A stretch of 64,000 nucleotides of DNA, from assembly GCA_028826165.1 (NCBI GenBank), contig JAPDFW010000017.1, forward strand, positions 14,527 to 78,526. The letters run 5' to 3'. This document shows, in pieces, positions 54,001 to 64,000 of the stretch; the stretch's first letter is position 1; every line of letters begins with the position of its first letter. The notes beneath the pieces are model-generated. The model was not told where the DNA came from. It made no database searches and saw only the letters and a program-made list of their open reading frames with translations. Source of the DNA: Anaeramoeba ignava BMAN (lineage: Eukaryota; Protista; Anaeramoebae). The translations under genes were made by a program, and so were the position numbers.

Positions 54001-55544
54001 TCAAATTAAATCAAAATTAAATTCAAAATTAAAATTAAATTGAATTCAAATCAAATTCAATTCAAATTAAATTCAAATTAAATTTAAATTCAAATTGAAA
54101 ATCAAATTCAAATTAAATTAAATTGAAAATGGAAATGAAAATGAAATTGAAAATGAAATTGAAAATAGAAATTAAATTATATTTAAAATAAATTAAATTG
54201 TAAATGAAATTAAAATGAAATTTTGAATAAAATAATAAATGAAAATAAATAAATAATTATTCTAAAAAATATAAAAAGAATTACAAAATAAAAATCAAAT
54301 CCAAAAAAAAGAATATTTAATAAAATATATTTTTATTAATATATTTATTATTCTGATATTATATTTATTATATTATTTATTAATATAATATTGATAATAA
54401 ATTTGATTCCATTATTATATTAATTTTGAATATATATTTTGATTTAATATTTATTATTGAAAAATGTTTAAAATATATAAATTAGAATAAAATTTGATTT
54501 TTTTTATTTTTTTTTGATTTATATTTATATAAATTGAAATAAAGTTGATAAAAAAATATTATTTATTTTGATTTATACTTTTAAAAATTTATTTTTATTT
54601 TTAAACATTTTACATTATATATATTTTGAATTGATATTTATTATTATATATTTATTAATTATATATTCATTCATTATATTTATATAATATAATTAATATT
54701 CATTTTTTATTTATTATTTTTCATTTCAAATTTATTTATTTTAATAATTAATAATAATAAATTTTGATTTATAATTAATTAATTAAATAATTCTAATATT
54801 TTTTATTTAATTTAATTTAAAATAAAATGAATAAATAAATTAAGTATAATAAATAGATGTAAATATTTAATTTAAAATTTAAAATTCAAAATTCAAAATT
54901 GATTAAAAATAAATTTAATTGTAAATCAAAATTGAAAATGAAAATGAAAATGAAATTTCAAAAAGAAATGAAATCAAAATAAATATTAATTATTCCAAAA
55001 GAATATTTAATAGAATATTTAATAAAATATATTTTTATTAATATATTTATTATTCTTATATTATATTTATTATATTATTTATTAATATAATATTGATAAT
55101 TAATTTGATTATATTATTATATTAATTTTAAATATAATTAAATTGATATTTATTTTTGAAAAATGTTTGTAATATATATATTTTGATTTTATTTTTTCAT
55201 TTTTCTTTTGATTTATATTTATTAATTATATATTAGAAGTAATAATAATAATAATTTGATTATTTATTCATTAATTTATAATATTTTAATGTTGGAAAAT
55301 AAAATAAAATAAAATATTTTCATTTCTTTTCTTAATGATTTATAAATGAAAAAAAAAGATATTTAATAAAATAAATTCATTGAAAAATAAATCTAAATTA
55401 CATTCTGTTGTAAATAAATAAATAAATAAAAACAATTCTTTTTGTTTTTTTTTAATAAATTTTTTTTTCCATAATTGATAATACTTTTACAAAAAATTGA
55501 AAATAAATATTCTCCATTTTCAACCCATTTTTCAAGATATAAAG

Positions 55545-55879
55545 AGGTAAGTATATCACTTACAAACACATATTAGTGAGGGGAACGGGGGGAGAACTAG
55601 TGAAAGGGGGGTAAGAGGAGCAACCGAGCGAAAGCGAGTATGTGTTTTGACAAACTGAGATTTGTCAAACAAATCCGAATAGGATTTATTTAATGAGAAA
55701 GGATTCCTTTCGAATAAACAAATAAATAAATCCATATGAAAGACTTGTTTGACAAATCTCAGTTTGTAATTCCAAAACAACATACAAGACATTTCGAATA
55801 TCGAGGTTTGACAACCCTGAGGGTTGGTAACAACGGCTGTAAGTCGGTGTTAACGGGGAGGGAGGCGGGCACTATTCAC
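55545..55879. other. GC-rich structured island, copy 3
   Basis: Near-identical to copy 1 (TATCGAGG versus TATCAAGG is the only core change I noticed). Confidence 0.9.
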
Positions 55880-56855
55880 TTTTTTTTATTAATTTATTAA
55901 TTTACTTTTTTATTTTTTATTTTTCTTTTTTTCTTTTCTTTTCTTTTATAAATTAGAATAAAATTTGATTTTTTTTTATTTTTTTTTTGATTTATATTTA
56001 TATAAATTGAAATAAAGTTGATAAAAAAAATATTATTTATTTTGATTTATACTTTTAAAAATTTATTTTTATTTTTTAAACATTTTATACTATATATATT
56101 TTGAATTGATATTTATTATTATATATTTATTAATTATATATTCATTCTTTATATTTATATAATATAATTAATATTCATTTTTTATTTATTATTTTTCATT
56201 TCAAATTTATTTATTTTAATAATTAATAATAATAAATTTTGATTTATAATTAATTAATTAATTAATTCTAATATTTTTTATTTTATTAATAATTCAATTA
56301 TTATTTTCAAAATTTATTTTTATTTAATTTATTAATTTTATTTTTTTTGATTTTTTTCAAAATTCATTTACACACAAAATAAAATGAAAATAAAATAAAT
56401 TACAATTAAAAATATTTTATTTATTTAATTTATAAAATATAAAATGTGAATTAAATTGAATTAAAATTAAATTAAATTGAAAATTAAAATGAAAATAGAA
56501 ATTAAATTGTAAAATGAAAATTAAAATGAAATTGAAAATTAAATTAAATTAAAATGAAATTGCAAATAAATAAATAAATAAATAAAAAGAAGAAGAAAAA
56601 GAAGATAAAATATATATTATATTTTAAAAATTGATTATTAATTCTAAATTAATAAAAAACAAAATTAAATTAAAATTAAATTAAATTAAATTAAAAATTA
56701 AAATAAATATTTATTTATAAATATTTTAATTTACAAAATACTAAAAATATATATATCAAATATAAAAATAAATTTCAAAATTAAAAACATAAATTAAAAA
56801 TAAAAATAAAAAATAAATTAAATTATGAATAAATTATGAATAAATTATTATTAAT

Positions 56856-56882
56856 CCCTTTATGCCCCTTCAACCCAAACCC
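56856..56882 (-). other. Canonical G-quadruplex motif, copy 3
   Basis: CCC-TTTATG-CCCC-TTCAA-CCC-AAA-CCC. Confidence 0.8.
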
Positions 56883-57239
56883 ATTTTAATTTACTTTTTA
56901 TTTCCTTTATAAATTAACTATAAATGAAATTGAATATAAATTTGAATTGAAATAAATATAGATTAAATATAATTCTGTTGTAAATTAATTCAAAACATAC
57001 TTCAATTTTGTTTTATAATTGAAGTAAAATAATTGTTTTATATTAAATCAAATAAAAAATATAATAAAATAACTTTATTCAATATTGATTTACTTTTTGT
57101 TCTGTTTTAATTCAAAATAATTGAAAATCAAAATAAATCAATGAAAATCAAATAAAATCAAATAAAATTGAAAAATAACTTTTTAAACATAAATTCGTTT
57201 TATTGATAAATAAATAAAATGAAAACAAAATATAGAATT

Positions 57240-58385
57240 ATTTGATTTAATTGTAAATTGAATTAAATTGTTATTTGATTTAATTGTAAATTGAATTAAA
57301 TTGTTATTTAATTTAATTGTAAATTGAATTTAATTTATTGATTTAATTGTAAATTGAATTAATTTATTGATTTAATTGTAAATTGAATTAATTTATTGAT
57401 TTAATTGTAAATTGAATTAATTTATTGATTTAATTGTAAATTGAATGAATTTATTTATTTAATTGTAAATTGAATGTTATTTAATTTTAAATTGAATGTA
57501 ATTTAATTAAATTGAATTTTTATTTATTTAATTTAATTGTAAATTGAATTTATTTATTTAATTTAATTGTAAATTGAATTATTTATTTAATTTAATTGTA
57601 AATTGAATTTATTTAATTTAATTGTAAATTGAATTTAATTTAATTGTAAATTGAATGTAATTTAATTGTAAATTGAATTTTATTTAATTTAATTGTAAAT
57701 TGAATTATATTTATTTAATTTAATTGTAAATTGAATTATATTTATTTAATTTAATTGTAAATTGAATTAATTATTTATTTAATTTAATTGTAAATTGAAT
57801 TATTTATTTAATTTAATTGTAAATTGAATTAATTTATTTAATTTAATTGTAAATTGAATTTAATTTATTTAATTTAATTGTAAATTGAATTTATTTAATT
57901 TAATTGTAAATTGAATTTATTTAATTTAATTTAAAAATTGAATTTTTAAATTGTAAATTGAATTTAATTTAATTGTAAATTGAATTTAATTTAATTGTAA
58001 ATTGAATTGAATTTAATTGTAAATTGAATTTAATTTAATTGTAAATTGAATTTAATTTAATTGTAAATTGAATTATATTTATTTAATTTAATTGTAAATT
58101 GAATTTAATTTAATTGTAAATTGAATTTATTTTTAATTTAATTGAAATTGTAAATTGAATTTAATTTAATTGTAAATTGAATTGAATTTAATTTAATTGT
58201 AAATTGAATTGAATTCAATTTAATTTAATTTAAATTCAAAATTGAATTAATTAAATTTATTTAATTTTAATTCAAATTCAAAATTGAATTTAAATTTATT
58301 TAATTTAAATTAAATTGAATTAATTATTTATTTAATTTAATTGTAAATTGAATTAATTTATTTAATTTAATTGTAAATTTAATTC
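57240..58385 (+). repeat. AATTTAATTGTAAATTGAAT minisatellite
   Basis: Same core and flanks. Confidence 0.93.
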
Positions 58386-59214
58386 AAAATAAAAATAATA
58401 AGAAAAATCAAAATAAAAATCAGAAATGAATATTGATTGATTTTTTTTTGTGTTTATTTATTATGTAAAGTTGATTGTAATCTAAATTGAAAATTTAAAT
58501 TAATTCAAATTAAATTCAAATTAAATTCAAATTAAATCAAATCCAAAAAAAGAATATTTAATAAAATATATTTTTATTAATATATTTATTATTCTGATAT
58601 TATATTTATTATATTATTTATTAATATAATATTGATAATAAATTTGATTCCATTATTATATTAATTTTGAATATATATTTTGATTTAATATTTATTATTG
58701 GAAAATGTTTAAAATATATAAATTAGAATAAAATTTGATTTTTTTTTATTTTTTTTTTGATTTATATTTATATAAATTGAAATTAAGTTGATAAAAAAAA
58801 TATTATTTATTTTGATTTATACTTTTAAAAATTTATTTTTATTTTTTAAACATTTTATATTAGATATATTTTGAATTGATATTTATTATTATATATTTAT
58901 TAATTATATATTCATTTATTATATTTATATAATATAATTAATATTCATTTTTTATTCATTATTTTTCATTTCAAATTTATTTATTTTAATAATTAATAAT
59001 AATAAATTTTGATTTATAATTAATTAATTAATTAATTCTAATATTTTTTATTTTATTAATAATTCAATTATTATTTTCAAAATTTATTTTTTATTTTATT
59101 AATTTTATTTTTTTTTTGATTTTTTTCAAAATTTATTTACACACAAAATAAAATGAAAATAAAATAAATTACAATTAAAAATATTTATTAAATTGTTTAT
59201 AAAATATAAGTTGA

Positions 59215-61010
59215 AATTGAAAATGTAATTGAAAATGTAATTGAAAATGTAATTGAAAATGTAATTGAAAATGTAATTGAAAATGTAATTGAAAATGTAA
59301 TGGTCGATTTTGCGAATAGATGATCGAAAAATTGGCCAAAAATCATTTTCTTTAATAACATATCTTTTTGAGCCATTTCTTTTGTTTGTTGTTGAGAAGA
59401 AAGGGGTCGAGAAAGTTTATAATATTGATAACAAAAATAAAACTTCTCAAATTTATTTTGCTTTTTTTTTCTTTTATTTGAATAACTTCTTGCAATTTTG
59501 AAATAACCATTTTATTCTCAATAAGTTTTATATTTGTTTTTTATTTTTAAATTTGAATCAATTTAATTTATAGTTGAGATATAAGGAGTTCTTTTTCAAA
59601 ACTATTAAAATTTATATGTTCTCCCATTTTGGTAAAAAAATCACTCTATGCAAAAAGTTTGAAATTATATTTTATTGATGAAAAAGATATTCTTTTTTTT
59701 ACCAAAATGGGAGAAGATGTCTAAAATACTCAAATAAAAAATGAACAAGAAAATTTCCATTGTATGTAATTGACATCTAAAAGAAATCAATAAAGAATTG
59801 TTGATAACTTTTTGAAATATTTTGTCATTGTAATGAAATTAAAAACAAAGATCCTTTCATACAATGAAGAAAGAATAATCTGAAGAGATAATTTATTTTC
59901 AAAATCTAATGAAAAGATTATTCTATTCTCTTAATTCATTTGTTAGAATAAAAAATTCCAAAATCATTTGCCAAAGAAGAGAAAGAATCAAGAAGAGAAA
60001 TTGAATTGAATTGAGAGATTAGATAAGAAAAGAAATTATTGATTCAAATTGTCAAAATCGATTCAAAATATGAAGAAAAAGAAAAAGAAAATTTTAATAA
60101 AGAATGAAAAAAACAATAAAAAATTTTGAATTTGGTTATTTCATTTTTAGTCAAAAAATCTCTTCTTTGTTTTTATCAGAAAAATAATCGATAACAAAGG
60201 AAATTATTTCATATATTATCAATAACTCTCAAATTTAGAAAGATAGCATCTTTTCGCAAAATCGACCAATTGAAAATGTAATTGAAAATGTAATTGAAAA
60301 TGTAATTGAAAATGTAATTGAAAATGTAATTGAAAATGAAATTGAAAATGTAATTGAAAATGTAATTGAAAATGTAATTGAAAATGTAATTGAAAATGTA
60401 ATTGAAAATGTAATTGAAAATGTAATTGAAAATGAAAATGAAATGAAATTGAAAATGTAATTGAAAATGAAATTGTAAATGTAATTGAAAATGAAATTGT
60501 AAATGTAATTGAAAATGAAATTGTAAATGTAATTGAAAATGAAATTGTAAATGTAATTGAAAATGAAATTGTAAATGAAATTGTAAATGTAATTGAAAAT
60601 GAAATTGTAAATGAAATTGTAAATGTAATTGAAAATGAAATTGAAAATGTAATTGAAAATGAAATTGTAAATGTAATTGAAAATGAAATTGAAAATGTAA
60701 TTGAAAATGAAATTGAAAATGTAATTGAAAATGTAATTGAAAATGTAATTGAAAATGTAATTGAAAATGTAATTGAAAATGTAATTGAAAATGAAATTGA
60801 AAATGTAATTGAAAATGTAATTGAAAATGTAATTGAAAATGTAATTGAAAATGTAATTGAAAATGTAATTGAAAATGTAATTGAAAATGTAATTGAAAAT
60901 GTAATTGAAAATGTAATTGAAAATGTAATTGAAAATGTAATTGAAAATGTAATTGAAAATGAAATGAAAATGTAATTGAAAATGTAATTGAAAATTTAAT
61001 TGAAAATGAA
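59215..61010 (+). repeat. (AATTGAAAATGT)n array interrupted by the TIR element
   Basis: Array at 59215-59301 resumes in phase at 60268-61010. Confidence 0.95.
59302..60267. mobile_element. Non-autonomous TIR DNA transposon (966 bp), probably PIF/Harbinger-ISL2EU (PHIS) group
   Basis: 21-bp terminal inverted repeats GGTCGATTTTGCGAA(T/A)AGATG with one mismatch. AAT is duplicated at 59299-59301 and 60268-60270. It cleanly interrupts an AATTGAAAATGT array and has no intact transposase ORF. Confidence 0.88.
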
Positions 61011-61039
61011 AAAAAAAAGAAAAAAGAAAAATAACCAAA

Positions 61040-61450
61040 AGAAATAAATATTTGTTTTAAATTCAAATCAAATTAAATTCAAATTAAATTCAAATCAGAT
61101 TTAAATTCAAATCAAATCAAATTAAATTCAAATCAGATTTAAATTCAAATTAAATTCAAATCAGATTTAAATTCAAATTAAATTAAATTAAATTTAAATT
61201 CAAATCAAATTCAAATTCAAATTAAATTCAAATCAAAATCAAATTCAAATTAAATTCAAATTCAAATAAAATTCAAATCTAAATTAAATTGAAAATGAAA
61301 ATGAAAATGAAATTAAAATCAAATTCAAATTCAAATCAAATTCAAATCAAATTAAATTCAAATTAAATTCAAATCAAATTCAAATTAAATTAAATTCAAA
61401 TTAAATCAAATCAAATCAAATCAAATCAAATCAAATCAAATTCAAATCTA
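61040..61450 (+). repeat. Degenerate 5/6-mer repeat (AAATTC/AAATC/AAATT)n preceding hub modules
   Basis: Also at ~20070-20350, 25215-25365, 27800-28000 and 53940-54120. Confidence 0.88.
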
Positions 61451-62686
61451 AATTAAATTGAAAATGAAATTCAAATTGAAAATGAAATTAAATTATATTT
61501 AAAATAAATTAAATTGTAAATGAAGTTAAAATGAAATTTTGAATAAAATAATAAATGAAAATAAATAAATAATTATTCTAAAAAATATAAAAAGAATTAC
61601 AAAATAAAAAATCAAATCCAAAAAAAAAAGAATATTTAATAAAATATATTTTTATTAATATATTTATTATTCTGATATTATATTTATTATATTATTTATT
61701 AATATAATATTGATAATAAATTTGATTTCATTATTATATTAATTTTGAATATATATATTGATTTAATATTTATTATTATTGAAAAATGTTTAAAATATAT
61801 AAATTAGAATAAAATTTGATTTTTTTTTATTTTTTTTGATTTATATTTATATAAATTGAAATAAAGTTGATAAAAATATTATTTATTTTTGATTTATACT
61901 TTTAAAAACTTATTTTTATTTTTAAACATTTTATACTACATATATTTTGAATTGATATTTATTATTACATATTTATTAATTATATATTCATTCGTTATAT
62001 TTATATAATATAATTAATATTCATTTTTATTTATTATTTTTCATTTCAAATTTATTTATTTTAATAATTAATAATAATAAATTTTGATTTATAATTAATT
62101 AATTAATTAATTCTAATATTTTTATTTTATTAATAATTCAATTATTATTTTCAAAATTCATTTTTATTTTATTAATTTTATTTTTTTGATTTTTTCAAAA
62201 TTCATTTTACACAAAAATAAAATGAAAATAAAATAAATTACAATTAAAAATATTTTATTTATTTAATTTATAAAATATAAAATATGAATTAAATTGAAAA
62301 TAAATTAAAATTAAATTGGAAATTAAAATGAAAATAGAAATTAAATTGTAAAATGAAAATTAAATTGAAAAATTAAATTAAATTAAATTGAAAATGAAAT
62401 TGCAAATAAATAAATAAATAAATAGAAGAAGAAGAAAAAGAAGATAAAATATATATTATATTTTAAAAATTGATTATTAATTCTAAATTAACAAAAAACA
62501 AAATTAAATTAAAATAAATTAAATTAAATTAAAATAAATATTTATTTATAAATATTTTAATTTACAAAATACTAAAAATATATATATCAAATATAAAAAT
62601 AAATTTCAAAATTAAAAACATAAATTAAAAATAAAAATAAAAAATAAATTAAATTATGAATAAATTATGAATAAATTATTATTAAT

Positions 62687-62714
62687 CCCCTTATGCCCCT
62701 TCAACCCCAACCCC
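62687..62714 (-). other. Canonical G-quadruplex motif, copy 4
   Basis: CCCC-TTATG-CCCC-TTCAA-CCCC-AA-CCCC. Confidence 0.8.
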
Positions 62715-63059
62715 ATTTTAATTTACTTTTTATTTCCTTTATAAATTAACTATAAATGAAATTGAATATAAATTTGAATTTAAATAAATGTGAATTAAAT
62801 GTAATTATGTTGTAAATTAATTCAAAACATACTTCAATTTTATTATATAATTGAAGTGAAATACTTGTTTTATATTAAATCAAACAAAAAATATAATAAA
62901 ATAGCTCAATTCAAAATAGATTTATTTTTTGTTCTGTTTTAATTCAAAATAATTGAAAATCAAAATAAAAAAAGAAAATCAAATAAAAATCAAATTAAAT
63001 TGAAAAATAAGTGTTTGAACATAAATTCGTTTTATTGATAAATAAATAAAATGAAATCA

Positions 63060-63960
63060 AAATGTAATTTAATTTGATTTAATTGTAAATTGAATTGAAT
63101 TGTTATTTAATTTAATTGTAAATTGAATTGAATTGTTATTTAATTTAATTGTAAATTGAATTGAATTGTTATTTAATTTAATTGTAAATTGAATTGAATT
63201 GTTATTTAATTTAATTGTAAATTGAATTGAATTGTTATTTAATTTAATTGTAAATTGAATTGAATTTATTTAATTTAATTGTAAATTGAATTGAATTTAT
63301 TTAATTTAATTGTAAATTGATTTGAATTTATTTAATTTAATTGTAAATTGATTTATTTATTGATTTAATTGTAAATTGAATTAATTATTGATTTAATTGT
63401 AAATTGAATTATTTATTGATTTAATTGTAAATTGAATTATATTAATTGTAATTTAATGAATTAAAATTGAATTATATTTAATTGTAAATTGAATTTAATT
63501 TAATTGTAAATTGAATTTATTTAATTTAATTGTAAAATTGAATTTATTTAATTTAATTGTAAATTGAATTTATTTAATTGTAAAATTGAATTAATTATTT
63601 TAATTTAAATTGAATTAATTTTTTAATTTAATTGTAAAATTGAATTATTTATTTTATTTAATTTAATCTGTGAATTGAATTATATATTTTATTTAATTGT
63701 AAATTGAATTATTTATTTAATTTAATTGTAAATTGAAATTATTTATTTAATTTAATTGTAAATTGAATTAATTATTTATTTAATTTAATTGTAAATTGAA
63801 TTAATTATTTATTTAATTTAATTGTAAATTGAATTAATTATTTATTTAATTTAATTGTAAATTGAATTAATTATTTATTTAATTGTAAATTGAATTATTT
63901 ATTTTATTTAATTGTAAATTGAATTATTTATTAATTAATTGCAAATTGGAATTAAATTGT
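63060..63960 (+). repeat. AATTTAATTGTAAATTGAAT minisatellite
   Basis: Same core; runs to near the window end. Confidence 0.93.
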
Positions 63961-64000
63961 TATTTTATCAATTTTAAATTGAATTTCAAGGAAACTTTCT

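Overview
This window is extremely AT-rich and almost gene-free eukaryotic DNA, probably from a protist. The standard genetic code is implied by long Gln(CAA)-rich frames with TAA/TGA stops. It looks like satellite or heterochromatin, possibly centromeric or subtelomeric. It is built from a small set of co-oriented modules: ~172-bp and ~145-bp tandem satellites, 5-, 6-, 12- and ~27-bp simple repeats, and a ~0.75-kb hub module present ~19 times that leads into alternative cassettes. The only protein-coding sequence is one non-LTR retrotransposon (~28970-33466). It encodes an RRM-like N-terminus, APE endonuclease, reverse transcriptase and a CCHC finger in what is probably a single ORF broken by two homopolymer frameshifts. 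A 966-bp non-autonomous TIR transposon with an AAT target duplication sits in a 12-mer array. The most unusual content is a set of small GC-rich, highly structured non-coding islands. These are (i) three near-identical ~335-bp islands with nested palindromes resembling paired recombinase sites, (ii) a ~150-bp Y-shaped hairpin with an adjacent ~100-bp structured segment, (iii) a five-copy array of an ~80-bp hairpin unit whose variants preserve G-U pairing, and (iv) four copies of a canonical G-quadruplex motif. Several stretches look like noisy or blended long-read consensus. Repeat boundaries are approximate, having been read by eye.
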